A DNA stretch of 64,000 nt from an uncultured Syntrophomonadaceae bacterium (GTDB lineage Bacteria; Bacillota; Dethiobacteria; DTU022): contig CAYMIW010000008.1 in assembly GCA_964390725.1 (NCBI GenBank), positions 13,829-77,828 of the forward strand. The letters run 5' to 3'. The notes beneath the pieces are model-generated. The model made no database searches. It was not told the origin of the DNA and saw nothing but the letters and a program-made list of their open reading frames with translations. Positions 29,410-39,378 of this stretch are shown piece after piece; within the stretch, counting starts at the first letter, position 1, and every line of letters starts with the position of its first letter. A program made the position numbers and the translations under genes.

Positions 29410-31821
29410 TCAACCTCTTAAAACAGCTCCCAGTTTAAAAAGTGCTTTTTCTATTCTTTGCATAATTTCTTTAATACTGTCATCAGTCAGAGTTCCCCGG
29501 TCATCCCTGAAGGTAAGAGAATAAGCCAGACTCCGTTTACCAGCAGGAATCTGGTTTCCTTCATATAAATCAAAAAGGGTTGCTGCCTTCAGTGTTTTTC
29601 CAGCAGCCTGTTTAATTGTTTCCTCCAGCTGAAGAGCTGTAAGATCATCAGGTACTACCAGGGCTAAATCCCTTATTGCCGCCGGATAGCGTGGAATTGA
29701 AGAAACCCTCGGCACTATATTAGCTTCCCCGGCCAGCAGGTTAAAATCAATTTCACATACGGTTACTTCCTGGTGCAACCCCCATGCCTGTTGCGTATCC
29801 GGGTGCAGTTGACCAAGATATCCCAAACAATCACCATTTATCATGATTATAGCGCTTCTGGTTGGATGAGTGAATGGTTCGTTAACCGGTCTGTATTGAA
29901 CATTTTTAATCTGCAGGCGCTTGAAAATTAGTTCAAGAACACCCTTTACAGTATAATAATCAGCTCTTCTTGAAGGAACAGTCCAATTTGCCCCGGGTAA
30001 TTCTCCAGTTACAGCCAGACAAATTTTTGTTTTTTCATACGGCAGTTTTTCCAGGGGCAATGATTCCGGTTCATATACAGTGCCAATTTCAAAGAGTAAC
30101 TGATCCAGCTCCCTGTGGTTTAGATTGTGTTTTACCGCTTTCAAAATGCCAGGCAATAATGTCGTACGCATTATTCCCTGTTCTTCAGAAAGAGGGTTTT
30201 GGACAGGGATTACTTTCAGACGATAGTCATCCGCAGGCAACCTTAGCGATTGAAGATTAAGCGGATTCATAAAAGAATAGCTAATGCACTCGAAAAAGCC
30301 ACAACTGCTAATTAAATTTCTTATAGTACTTTTCAACCGTTCACTTTCTAATTCGCGGTTCTCGATCAACTTACCTTCAGGCAGGGTTGTCGGGATTTTT
30401 TCATAACCGTGAAGCCTGGCCACTTCTTCAACTATATCTTCTTCGAGCTTAATATCAGGCCGCCTTGGAGGAATTGTGACTTCCAGGGAATGATCATCGG
30501 TATTCCGCAGAGAAAAACCAAGCCTTTCCAGAATATTTTCTACTTCATTTCTTGTGATCTCCATACCCATAATCTTGTTGATTCTATCCACGCTGACCAT
30601 GACTTTAATCGGAGCTATATCAGAATGATTTACATCAATAATGCCTTTTAAGACTTCGCCTCCACATATCTCACTAATTAATAACGAAGCCCTGTTTTGT
30701 GCTGACATAACTTCCTGAGGATCTATTCCTCTTTCAAAGCGCTGCGATGCCTCCGAAGGAAGTGTTAACAGGCGAGCAGTTTTCCTGATACTGGTAGGAT
30801 TAAAAACGGCTGCCTCGATTAATACCTCGGTTGTTTCACTCCTGATTTCAGTATCTTCGCCACCCATAACTCCGGCTAAGCCAATCGGCTTGCTTTTGTC
30901 AGCTATAACCAGCATTTCAGAATTAAGAACTCTTTTTATTCCATCCAGGGTAACCAGTTCTTCACCCTCAACAGCTCTTCTGACAATAATTTCTTTGTCA
31001 CTGACCAGGTTTAGGTCAAACGCATGCAATGGTTGTCCAAACTCCAGCATTACATAGTTGGTAATATCAACAATGTTACTGATTGGCCTGATACCGGCTT
31101 TTAGTAATTTCATTTGTAGCCAGAGCGGGGAAGAATCAACCTTGATATTTTCAATTATCCTGGCTGTATAACGGGAGCAAAGGTCTGGATCTATAACTTT
31201 AACTCCTGCCTTACCCTCAATAGTTTTTTCTTCTTCCCGGGGATTAACAGGGGGCAGTTTGATCTCCCCTCCGGTCAGGGCCGCCACTTCGTAGGCAAAA
31301 TTAATCATTCCTAAACAATCTGAACGATTAGGAGTAAGGTCCAGCGAGAGGATCTTTTCATCCAGACCGAGTATTTTTTCAAGAGGACTACCAACAGGTG
31401 CATCATGATCAAGAATCAGGATGCCGTCTGAGTGGCTCAAATCCAGATTCAGCTCACCGGCAGAACAGAGCATCCCCTGGGATTTAATTCCATATATTTC
31501 AGCTTCCTTTATCTTGCGTGAACCGGGCAGTTCCGAACCGGGTTTTGCGACAGCAACAAGTTGACCGGCAGACATATTTGAAGCACCGCAGACTATATCC
31601 AGAGTATATTCCCCTATGTCCGTTTTTACAATGGTCAGGTTATTGCGTTCCGGATGCGGTTTTATATTTAATATTTTTCCGGCAACTACACCGGGTAGTT
31701 CAGGCCCAAATTGATCGACAGCCCCAACTTCAATTCCGGCCAGAGTTAATTTATCAGCTAAATCTTCAGGGTTAAGGGTGATATCAATATATTCTTTCAA
31801 CCAGTTATAAGGCACTCGCAT
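29410..31821 (-). CDS. pheT: Phenylalanine--tRNA ligase beta subunit
   Basis: 803 aa with the tRNA-binding, B3/B4, B5 and FDX-ACB domains. Confidence 0.95.
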   Translation of the reverse strand: MRVPYNWLKEYIDITLNPEDLADKLTLAGIEVGAVDQFGPELPGVVAGKILNIKPHPERNNLTIVKTDIGEYTLDIVCGASNMSAGQLVAVAKPGSELPGSRKIKEAEIYGIKSQGMLCSAGELNLDLSHSDGILILDHDAPVGSPLEKILGLDEKILSLDLTPNRSDCLGMINFAYEVAALTGGEIKLPPVNPREEEKTIEGKAGVKVIDPDLCSRYTARIIENIKVDSSPLWLQMKLLKAGIRPISNIVDITNYVMLEFGQPLHAFDLNLVSDKEIIVRRAVEGEELVTLDGIKRVLNSEMLVIADKSKPIGLAGVMGGEDTEIRSETTEVLIEAAVFNPTSIRKTARLLTLPSEASQRFERGIDPQEVMSAQNRASLLISEICGGEVLKGIIDVNHSDIAPIKVMVSVDRINKIMGMEITRNEVENILERLGFSLRNTDDHSLEVTIPPRRPDIKLEEDIVEEVARLHGYEKIPTTLPEGKLIENRELESERLKSTIRNLISSCGFFECISYSFMNPLNLQSLRLPADDYRLKVIPVQNPLSEEQGIMRTTLLPGILKAVKHNLNHRELDQLLFEIGTVYEPESLPLEKLPYEKTKICLAVTGELPGANWTVPSRRADYYTVKGVLELIFKRLQIKNVQYRPVNEPFTHPTRSAIIMINGDCLGYLGQLHPDTQQAWGLHQEVTVCEIDFNLLAGEANIVPRVSSIPRYPAAIRDLALVVPDDLTALQLEETIKQAAGKTLKAATLFDLYEGNQIPAGKRSLAYSLTFRDDRGTLTDDSIKEIMQRIEKALFKLGAVLRG

Positions 31822-31852
31822 TGGTTATCTCTCCTATCACATTAATCACTCT

Positions 31853-32878
31853 TTAAGCGAACTGCTTTAAAAACCGCAGGTCATTACTAAACAATGCTCT
31901 TAAGTCTCCAATTCCATATTTCAGCATGGCAATTCGATCAATTCCCATTCCAAAGGCAAATCCTGTTACTTCACGGGGGTTGTACCCGGAAACCTCCAGG
32001 ACACGGGGGTGAACCATTCCTGAACCCAGTATTTCCAACCATCCGGTATAACTACAGACTCGACATCCCTTTCCGCTACACATTATGCAGGATATATCAA
32101 CCTCTGCACTGGGCTCTGTGAAGGGAAAATAACTCGGCCGGAGACGAATCTTTTGATCCGCCCCAAACATTTCCCTGGCGAAAAGCAGCAAAGTCCCTTT
32201 TAGATCAGCAAAGGAAATATCCTTATCAACAGCCAGACCTTCAACCTGGTGAAACATGGGTGAGTGAGTGGCATCGTCATCACGTCTGAAAACTTTTCCA
32301 GGGGCAATTATTCTTACCGGCAATTCAGGGGCCTGTTTTTCCATTACCCTGACTTGTACCGGTGAAGTATGAGTGCGTAAAACTATTTTTGGAGCAACAT
32401 AAAAACTATCCTGCATATCACGGGCCGGATGGTCCGGGGGAAAATTTAGAGCTTCATAATTATAATAATCTGTTTCGACTTCCGGACCATGGACGACCCT
32501 GTACCCCAGGCCGACAAATATTTCCTTGATTTCTTCTGTAACAAGGGTCAATGGGTGTTTCTGACCAACCATAGGCGGACTTCCCGGGAGACTTACATCT
32601 ATTCTTTCCTTGTTCCAGCGGTTTTCTTTCTGCAGCTCGTCAAGGACCTGTTCTCTTTCTGTAATTGCTTTTTCCAGAATAATCCTGAGATCGTTAGCCT
32701 CCTTGCCAATTAAAGGCCTTTCTTCAGGCGGTACCGTTCCCAGGCTGCGTAATAGTGAGGTTAGTTCTCCCTTCTTACCCAATATGCGAACCTTAACCTC
32801 TTTTAACTGGTCAACGTTGGCTGTTTCAGTTATTTTTTTTATTGCATCTCTTTCTAGATCCTTCAATTTTTGCTTCAT
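31853..32878 (-). CDS. pheS: Phenylalanine--tRNA ligase alpha subunit. Start moved to the internal MKQKL (341 aa).
   Basis: Class II aaRS motifs. AGGGAGG RBS lies upstream of the ATG at 32878. The 23 residues upstream in the ORF-track version are encoded by the T-box terminator region. Confidence 0.93.
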   Translation of the reverse strand: MKQKLKDLERDAIKKITETANVDQLKEVKVRILGKKGELTSLLRSLGTVPPEERPLIGKEANDLRIILEKAITEREQVLDELQKENRWNKERIDVSLPGSPPMVGQKHPLTLVTEEIKEIFVGLGYRVVHGPEVETDYYNYEALNFPPDHPARDMQDSFYVAPKIVLRTHTSPVQVRVMEKQAPELPVRIIAPGKVFRRDDDATHSPMFHQVEGLAVDKDISFADLKGTLLLFAREMFGADQKIRLRPSYFPFTEPSAEVDISCIMCSGKGCRVCSYTGWLEILGSGMVHPRVLEVSGYNPREVTGFAFGMGIDRIAMLKYGIGDLRALFSNDLRFLKQFA

Positions 32879-32896
32879 CCCTAATACCTCCCTAAA

Positions 32897-33150
32897 ATAA
32901 AAAAACCCTCGAAAGAGGGACGAAAGAAATATTTTCCGCGGTACCACCCAAATTAGCCTGCATATGCTCTCTTGATAATGATAACGGTTTTACCGTTCCC
33001 ACCTATTGAGCATATGCCGTTCAGCAGGAAACTCCGGAGTGAAATTCGACCGGCTGCACCGGGATCAGTTCGCAGTCAGGACTGACCCTTCCTTGACAGA
33101 TTCATAACCGGCTTACTTGTCTCCATCATCGCAATTTCTATATAGGATAT
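32897..33150 (-). promoter_or_regulatory. T-box riboswitch leader of pheST with a Phe specifier (UUC followed by A)
   Basis: On the minus strand, AATTTGGGTGGTACCGCGG is the T-box consensus. It is followed by a terminator hairpin CCCTC-TTTC-GAGGG plus U7. The Stem I region contains GAATTTCA (UUC+A). Confidence 0.85.
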
Positions 33151-33157
33151 TATATGC

Positions 33158-33186
33158 ATTATAGCACCTGCATGCAGAGTGTTCAA
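33158..33186 (-). promoter_or_regulatory. Sigma-A type promoter for the pheST T-box leader: TTGAAC, 17-bp spacer, TATAAT
   Basis: Minus strand reads TTGAAC-ACTCTGCATGCAGGTGC-TATAAT, seen directly. Confidence 0.7.
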
Positions 33187-33193
33187 GAGCACT

Positions 33194-34003
33194 TTAGCTG
33201 TCGCGGTTAGCTATTTCAAATAAAATTATTCCAGCGGCTACGGCAGCATTTAGCGATTCAACATTACTCTGCAGAGGTATGGTTACTTTATAATTGGCAG
33301 CTTCAGCTAGTTCAGGAGAAAGCCCCCCAGCCTCATTACCGATAAATAATACTACAGGTCGTCTGAAATCCGCGTCATAATAAGCCATTCCACCATGAGC
33401 GACAGCAGCAATAGCTGTCAAGCCTTTTTCTTTCAGGCTGCAAATGAGTCTTAGAGGTTGATGAACAAATTCCACCTTCAGGGAAAATATTGAACCTGCG
33501 CTGGCTCTTAAAGCCTTTGGACCGAAAGGATCTGCACATCCACCGGTATAATATATGGTATCCGCTCCTGCTGCTGCAGCTGTTCTGATTATAGTTCCCA
33601 GATTACCGGGGTCCTGAAGCTCTTCTAATAGGATTATCAATTCTTGCTTAATAACCCCGTGATCAGGAGATTCTAAAGGATTATAGTAGAAAACAGCAGC
33701 AACAGGTTGTGGCTTTTCTGTTAAGGCTATTTTGTTAAATAACTGTTCGTTAACCTGGTAGAGCCGGGTTGAGGGTGGAACTTCTTTAACCCAGCTGCCG
33801 CCTGCACTTTCAGGATAACCAGTGGTGAAAAAAATAAATTCAGGTTGCAACCCTTTTTTCAATGCTTCCCTGATCAGGTTCGGCCCTTCAAGGGCAATTT
33901 TACCCTGCTTTTCTCTGAACTGTTTACTGGAATTAAGCTTTTTATATAGTAAAATTTTAGGGTTACTTGCGCTGCTTAACTCTTTATAACTCATTAAATC
34001 CAC
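33194..34003 (-). CDS. TrmH/SpoU-family RNA 2'-O-methyltransferase (YsgA-like rRNA methylase upstream of pheS)
   Basis: SPOUT motifs (LEGPNLIREAL, IGNEAGGLS). Conserved position upstream of pheS. Confidence 0.85.
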   Translation of the reverse strand: MDLMSYKELSSASNPKILLYKKLNSSKQFREKQGKIALEGPNLIREALKKGLQPEFIFFTTGYPESAGGSWVKEVPPSTRLYQVNEQLFNKIALTEKPQPVAAVFYYNPLESPDHGVIKQELIILLEELQDPGNLGTIIRTAAAAGADTIYYTGGCADPFGPKALRASAGSIFSLKVEFVHQPLRLICSLKEKGLTAIAAVAHGGMAYYDADFRRPVVLFIGNEAGGLSPELAEAANYKVTIPLQSNVESLNAAVAAGIILFEIANRDS

Positions 34004-34650
34004 CCCAGGACACCTAAATCTTTATTGCTGCCTATGGCAATTAGTATATCATCTTTTTCAATCCGATCACTGGCTCTTGGTGATATGTTAACTCCATCAC
34101 CGTCACTTTTTCTTATAGCGATAATACTGACTCCATGACGAGCTCTCATGTCCAATTCAGAAAGCATTTTCCCGGAAAGTTCCTCGGTGGCGGTTACCTC
34201 AACTACACTGTAATGATCGGACAATTCGAACAGATCAACAATCGAGGGGGCAAGTATACTGTGCGCCAGTTTTTTACCCATATCCTGTTCCGGATATACA
34301 ATTCTGTTTACTCCTATTTTTTTTAAAACACGTCCGTGCAACTCTGTCTGAGCCTTGGCGATAATATAGCGGGCCTTTAGTTCAACCAGTAAAATTGCAG
34401 CCATGATACTGCTGTGCATATCGCTGCTTATTGCCAGGACAACCGCATCATAGCTTTCAATGTTCAGCGACTTCATGGTTTTTTCTGAAGCTATATCAGC
34501 CTGCGCAGCATTAGTAACATCAGAGCTGATTCTCTGAATAATCTCCTCATCTATATCGATAATCATTACTTCATGCCCCGCCCCATATAGGGTTTTAGCT
34601 ACAGATATTCCAAATCTTCCTGCCCCAATCACTAAAAACTGTTTTGCCAT
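33994..34650 (-). CDS. Trk/Ktr K+ uptake system NAD-binding subunit (TrkA/KtrA)
   Basis: Rossmann fold VIGAGRFG and an RCK_C domain. Confidence 0.9.
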   Translation of the reverse strand: MAKQFLVIGAGRFGISVAKTLYGAGHEVMIIDIDEEIIQRISSDVTNAAQADIASEKTMKSLNIESYDAVVLAISSDMHSSIMAAILLVELKARYIIAKAQTELHGRVLKKIGVNRIVYPEQDMGKKLAHSILAPSIVDLFELSDHYSVVEVTATEELSGKMLSELDMRARHGVSIIAIRKSDGDGVNISPRASDRIEKDDILIAIGSNKDLGVLGWI

Positions 34651-34679
34651 CGTGCCACCTCCAATTCTTGTAATACCCT

Positions 34680-36017
34680 TTAACCAATCATTAGATTTTC
34701 TTCAGGGTAACGAAGTAACGGTTCCTTCTTATTCAAACCTGCCAGAGCAACCAACAATGATAGCGGGCCAATTCTTCCACCAAACATGGTAATAATAATC
34801 ATAATCTTACTTGGAATTGTTAATTCCGGAGTAATACCGGTTGAAAGACCTACTGTACCGAAAGCAGAAAAAGCTTCAAATAATAGATCCATGAAGTTAA
34901 AATTCTCAAAAATAGACATAATTAAGGTTGTAATGAACACAAGAACCATGGCTGCACAAATAATTGATACTGCTTTCATAATCTGATGAAGGGGAAAACG
35001 ACGTTTATAAATAACCGGTTCCCGACGGCCTCGAATCATTCCAAACATGGTTAGCACCACTACTCCAACAGTAGTTGTTTTTACCCCTCCTCCTGTTGAT
35101 GTCGGAGAAGCTCCGATGAACATCAACAAGATCAAAATTAACTGAGTGGAAATAGTCATTGCTCCGGTATCTAAAACACTGAACCCTGCAGTCCTGGGAG
35201 TAGCCGAAGTGAAAAGAGCTGTGAAAAATTTTCCCGGGAGTGACAGGGTACCCAGGGTAGCCGGGTTGTTAAATTCAAGGACAAGAATCAGCACCGTTCC
35301 ACCGATTAGCAGAATGGCAGTTATAATCAACACCATGTAGCTATGCAAAGACAAGCGGTGCCTGAACTGAAACCTGTTGGATAATTCCAGGATTACAGTA
35401 AAACCAAGGCCTCCTGCAATAAATAGTAACATGATTGTCCCATTAACAAGGTAATCAACCGGGGTTCCGGTCAGACTTTCATAGTTTCCGGTTAGATCAA
35501 AACCGGCATTACCAAAAGCAGATATAGAGTGGAAGAGTGCGTTAAAGTAACCCTGACTGCCTCCGAGTTGGGGAACGAAACGAATGCTGAGTAAAATTGT
35601 TCCAATAATTATGAACAGGAAAGACATTAGTACAACATTTATTACCATTACCTGTAACCCTTGCAGAGATTCCTGTCCTAAAACTTCTTTTACAACCAAG
35701 CTCCTTCGCAAAGATATCGGCCGACCCAAAAAAATAAAGATTATGGTAGTCATGGTCATAAATCCTATGGCGCCGAAGAGTATGAGCAACATTATTACTG
35801 TTTGTCCAAATACGGTAAAAAAAGTGCCTGTATCAACCACTACCAGACCTGTAACACAAACAGCTGATGTTGCAGTAAATAAAGCATCAATGAAGCTGAA
35901 TTCTTGTGAGCCGTGTGAAAGAGGCAAGCTTAGTAGAATTGTACCGATAATAATTAATCCTATAAATCCGGCCGCCATAACACGAGCCGGATTTATAGGT
36001 TTTGGCCTGTTTTTCAA
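34680..36017 (-). CDS. Trk/Ktr K+ uptake membrane subunit (TrkH/KtrB family)
   Basis: 445 aa polytopic protein with repeated selectivity-filter-like glycine motifs (TGL, GFS, GAS, TVG). Confidence 0.9.
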   Translation of the reverse strand: MKNRPKPINPARVMAAGFIGLIIIGTILLSLPLSHGSQEFSFIDALFTATSAVCVTGLVVVDTGTFFTVFGQTVIMLLILFGAIGFMTMTTIIFIFLGRPISLRRSLVVKEVLGQESLQGLQVMVINVVLMSFLFIIIGTILLSIRFVPQLGGSQGYFNALFHSISAFGNAGFDLTGNYESLTGTPVDYLVNGTIMLLFIAGGLGFTVILELSNRFQFRHRLSLHSYMVLIITAILLIGGTVLILVLEFNNPATLGTLSLPGKFFTALFTSATPRTAGFSVLDTGAMTISTQLILILLMFIGASPTSTGGGVKTTTVGVVVLTMFGMIRGRREPVIYKRRFPLHQIMKAVSIICAAMVLVFITTLIMSIFENFNFMDLLFEAFSAFGTVGLSTGITPELTIPSKIMIIITMFGGRIGPLSLLVALAGLNKKEPLLRYPEENLMIG

Positions 36018-36073
36018 TTGTCTTCATCTCCGTAGAGTGACTCCTAATATTTGCACAGGCAGAATAATATCAA

Positions 36074-36427
36074 TTATGCATTTTCCCTGGCCACTTCAAC
36101 CAGCCTGGAAAATGCAGCCCTATCGTTAACAGCAAGATCAGCTAATACTTTTCGGTTAATTTGCACTTCGGCTTTTTTCAGACCATTTATAAAACGGCTG
36201 TACGACATACCATCGTTACGGGCTGCAGCATTTATACGGGCAATCCACAACTTTCTAAAATCTCTCTTCTTTTGCTTGCGATCCCGGTAAGCATAAGAAA
36301 GTGATTTCATAACCTGTTGGTTGGCAACTCTAAAAAGTTTACTCTTAGCTCCATAATAACCTTTTGCCAGTTTTAAAATCTTTTTCCGCCTTTTTCTGGC
36401 GACTGAACCTCTCTTAGTGCGAGGCAT
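36074..36427 (-). CDS. rplT: 50S ribosomal protein L20
   Basis: [26 protein letters not shown] is a canonical L20 N-terminus. Confidence 0.95.
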   Translation of the reverse strand: MPRTKRGSVARKRRKKILKLAKGYYGAKSKLFRVANQQVMKSLSYAYRDRKQKKRDFRKLWIARINAAARNDGMSYSRFINGLKKAEVQINRKVLADLAVNDRAAFSRLVEVARENA

Positions 36428-36484
36428 AGTTAATCATCCTCCTACAATATAAACTAAATAATTCTATACAACCACATGCTGTCT

Positions 36485-36676
36485 TTACGGAATTAGCAAT
36501 TTGATCCGCTTTTCATCCGCTTTTTTAACAGTTGTAGATTTACGCAACCTTCTTTTCCGGATCTGACCTTTTTTCTCTAACATATGGCTGCCAAAAGCGC
36601 GAAAGCGTTTAATTTTTCCACTACCGGTCTTTTTAAAACGCTTGGCCGCACCACGGTGAGTTTTCATCTTAGGCAT
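36485..36676 (-). CDS. rpmI: 50S ribosomal protein L35. Start at the internal MPKMKTH.
   Basis: L35 universally starts MPKMKTH. The ORF-track start is an upstream TTG abutting the RBS. Confidence 0.9.
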   Translation of the reverse strand: MPKMKTHRGAAKRFKKTGSGKIKRFRAFGSHMLEKKGQIRKRRLRKSTTVKKADEKRIKLLIP

Positions 36677-36698
36677 TTTCTTATACAACCTTCCTCTG

Positions 36699-37208
36699 TT
36701 ATGATTTGGGCGTTAGAATCATGATCATGTTTCGCCCTTCCTGTTTTGCCGGCTTTTCTACAACCGCATAATCCTGCAGCTCATCAGCCAGCTGTTTGCA
36801 TAGCCGTTGGGCAATTTCAGGGTGGGTTATCTCGCGGCCCCTGAACATAACGGTAACTTTAACTTTATCACCGTTTTCAAGAAACTTTTTACTTCTTTTC
36901 ACTTTTACATCAAAATCGTGTGTATCAATATTTGGCCGCAATTTAACTTCTTTAACCGTGGTTACTTTCTGCTTTTTACGAGCCTCACGGTCTTTTTTGC
37001 TCTGCTCATACTTAAACTTGCCGTAATCCATTATGCGGCAAACCGGTGGTCGGGCGCTTGGTGCAACATTAACCAGATCCAGTTTCTTTTCACGGGCTAA
37101 CTGTAACGCCTCATCCGTTTTCATAACACCCAACTGAGTTCCATCTCCATCGATCACAAGGACTTCTCTGGCATTTATTTGTTCATTGACGAACAAATTC
37201 TTACTAAT
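36699..37208 (-). CDS. infC: Translation initiation factor IF-3, probable AUU start
   Basis: IF-3 domains are present. AGGAGGTGA is followed 9 nt later by an in-frame ATT (revcomp of 37206-37208). The in-frame TTG at 37196 lies 21 nt from the RBS. An AUU start is the conserved autoregulatory feature of infC. Confidence 0.75.
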   Translation of the reverse strand: MSKNLFVNEQINAREVLVIDGDGTQLGVMKTDEALQLAREKKLDLVNVAPSARPPVCRIMDYGKFKYEQSKKDREARKKQKVTTVKEVKLRPNIDTHDFDVKVKRSKKFLENGDKVKVTVMFRGREITHPEIAQRLCKQLADELQDYAVVEKPAKQEGRNMIMILTPKS

Positions 37209-37221
37209 ATCATTTCACCTC

Positions 37222-37260
37222 CTAAGAAATACAAATGAGCAGGTGTAAACCACCTGCTCA
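37222..37260 (-). terminator. Leader attenuator/terminator hairpin (GAGCAGGTG / CACCTGCTC stem plus U-rich tract) immediately upstream of the infC RBS
   Basis: Seen directly in the sequence. It sits between the predicted promoter and the infC RBS, as in the L20-controlled infC-rpmI-rplT leader of Bacillus. Confidence 0.6.
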
Positions 37261-37356
37261 TAATGATAAACCTTTATGAATAACCCGGGTGGCTCTTATT
37301 AAAGGCCCCAGGGTGAGAAGCGGTGGCTTCTACTTGATCTTACAAGTCTATTGATT

Positions 37357-37385
37357 AATATACCAGATAGAAGCAGAGGGGTCAA
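37357..37385 (-). promoter_or_regulatory. Promoter of the infC operon (TTGACC, 17-bp spacer, TATATT). The -35 box overlaps the thrS stop codon.
   Basis: Minus strand reads TTGACC-CCTCTGCTTCTATCTGG-TATATT, seen directly. Confidence 0.55.
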
Positions 37386-39289
37386 ATTATTTTTTCTGAA
37401 ATCTCATTATTAAGTTTAGATATAAAATCATCCAGGCTGAATTCCCCAAGATCGCCATCCCTGCGGTGCCTGACGGCTACCTTTTTATTTTCTTCCTCCC
37501 TGTCGCCTATGATTAACATGTAAGGTACTTTTTTAACCTGACCTTCTCGTATTTTATAACCCACCTTCTCATTGCGTTGATCAACCTCTACACGTAATCC
37601 TTCTTGTCTTAACTTGTTATATACTATTTCAGCATACGCATGACTGCGATCAGTAACTGGAATTACCAGGGCCTGAACAGGAGCAAGCCAGGAGGGGAAT
37701 GCTCCTCCATAATGTTCAATCAGCAGGGCAAAAAGCCTTTCCATTGATCCATAGACAACACGGTGAATAACTACAGGCCTGTGCTTAGCCCCATCTTCAC
37801 CTATGTATGTTAAATCAAATTTTTCAGGCATCTGGAAATCAAGTTGTATGGTACCACACTGCCAGCTACGCCCAAGACAATCCTGGAGGTGGAAATCTAT
37901 TTTAGGTCCGTAGAAAGCCCCGTCCCCTTCATTGACTTTATAATCAATATTTCTTTCCCTGAGAACTTTTTCTAATATAGCCGTGGCTTTATCCCACATT
38001 TCTTCAGATCCCATCGCCTTATCTGGCCTGGTACTCAGTTCAATGTTAAATTCAAAGCCAAATACTGTGTAGAAATGATCCATCAGGTCAATTACTCCCG
38101 CCACTTCACCTTCAACCTGGTCGGGAAGCATAAATATATGCGCATCATCCTGTGTGAATGAGCGCACTCTCATTAAGCCGTGCAACGTTCCCGATAGCTC
38201 ATGACGGTGGACTATACCCATTTCAGCAATCCTCCGCGGAAAATCACGGTAACTGTGCATTTTAGAACGGTAAACAAGCATAGCACCCGGACAGTTCATC
38301 GGTTTCACGGCAAAATCCTGATCGTCAATTTTTGTAAAATACATGTTCTCACGAAAATGATCCCAGTGTCCGGACTGTTCCCAGAGAGAACGATTCAGGA
38401 TTAGTGGTGTTCTTATTTCTTCATAACCAGCCTTGCGATGCTCCACCCTCCAGAAATCTGTTAACGTCTGCCAGACGACCATCCCATTGTTATGGAGAAA
38501 TGGAAATCCGGGCCCTTCTTCCTGCAGGCTGAAAAGGTCCAGCTCGCGCCCAAGCTTACGATGGTCGCGTTTTTTCGCTTCTTCAATTAAACGCAAGTGC
38601 TCCTGCAATTGTTCTTTTGTGGGAAATGCTGTTCCATAAATTCGCTGGAGCATGGGGTTTTTCTCGCTCCCCCTCCAGTAGGCACCGGCTAATCCAGTCA
38701 GTTTAAATGCTTTAACCAAGCCTGTATGACTCAGATGCGGCCCGGCGCAGAGATCAATAAAATCACCCTGTTCATAACAGCTGATTACAACATCTTCAGG
38801 GAGATCATTTATTAATTCCACTTTATAAGTTTCTTCTTTTTCCCTAAACAACTGCAGTGCTTCTGATCTGCTCATTTCCCTGCGCAGGATCGGTTTTCTT
38901 TCCTTAACAATCTTTTTCATTTCTTTTTCGATTGCAGGAAGATCATCAGCAGAAATCGGTTCTGGAAATTCAATATCGTAGTAAAAACCGTTTTCGATAG
39001 CCGGGCCAATACCAAGTTTTGCCATTGGATATAATCTTTTAACAGCGTGGGCCAGGATGTGGCTGGAAGTATGACGGTATATTTCTTCCCCCTTGGAAGA
39101 ATTGAAATCTACAAAGGTCACTTCGCTATTTCCGGGCAAAGGACTGTTCAAGTCACATTCTTTCCCGTCAACAAGAACGGCTATTATGCTTTTATCTTCA
39201 GCGACTTTCTCCTGATATAGATCCATACAGGTTGTACCCCCGGGATACTCCGCCTGTAATCCGTTTTCAAGTTTTACTTTTATATTCAT
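37382..39289 (-). CDS. thrS: Threonine--tRNA ligase
   Basis: 635 aa with TGS, editing, class II catalytic and anticodon-binding domains. Confidence 0.95.
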   Translation of the reverse strand: MNIKVKLENGLQAEYPGGTTCMDLYQEKVAEDKSIIAVLVDGKECDLNSPLPGNSEVTFVDFNSSKGEEIYRHTSSHILAHAVKRLYPMAKLGIGPAIENGFYYDIEFPEPISADDLPAIEKEMKKIVKERKPILRREMSRSEALQLFREKEETYKVELINDLPEDVVISCYEQGDFIDLCAGPHLSHTGLVKAFKLTGLAGAYWRGSEKNPMLQRIYGTAFPTKEQLQEHLRLIEEAKKRDHRKLGRELDLFSLQEEGPGFPFLHNNGMVVWQTLTDFWRVEHRKAGYEEIRTPLILNRSLWEQSGHWDHFRENMYFTKIDDQDFAVKPMNCPGAMLVYRSKMHSYRDFPRRIAEMGIVHRHELSGTLHGLMRVRSFTQDDAHIFMLPDQVEGEVAGVIDLMDHFYTVFGFEFNIELSTRPDKAMGSEEMWDKATAILEKVLRERNIDYKVNEGDGAFYGPKIDFHLQDCLGRSWQCGTIQLDFQMPEKFDLTYIGEDGAKHRPVVIHRVVYGSMERLFALLIEHYGGAFPSWLAPVQALVIPVTDRSHAYAEIVYNKLRQEGLRVEVDQRNEKVGYKIREGQVKKVPYMLIIGDREEENKKVAVRHRRDGDLGEFSLDDFISKLNNEISEKII

Positions 39290-39378
39290 TTGCCTCGCCT
39301 CCTACTTAATATTTAACTGTTTACTTTAAATAACTACATAATTATCGTTTGAGGCATCATGACAGCTGATGAAGACTT

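Noticed and set aside
36018-36073. c-di-AMP (ydaO) riboswitch upstream of the ktr genes
   Set aside because: The intergenic space is only 56 nt, too short for the ~140-nt riboswitch, and no conserved motifs were seen.
35584-36129. 181-aa plus-strand ORF antisense to trkH
   Set aside because: It is antisense to a conserved polytopic transporter and has no support.
39290-39378. T-box leader upstream of thrS
   Set aside because: The intergenic region is only 89 nt and lacks the T-box consensus. Only pheST has a T-box in this window.
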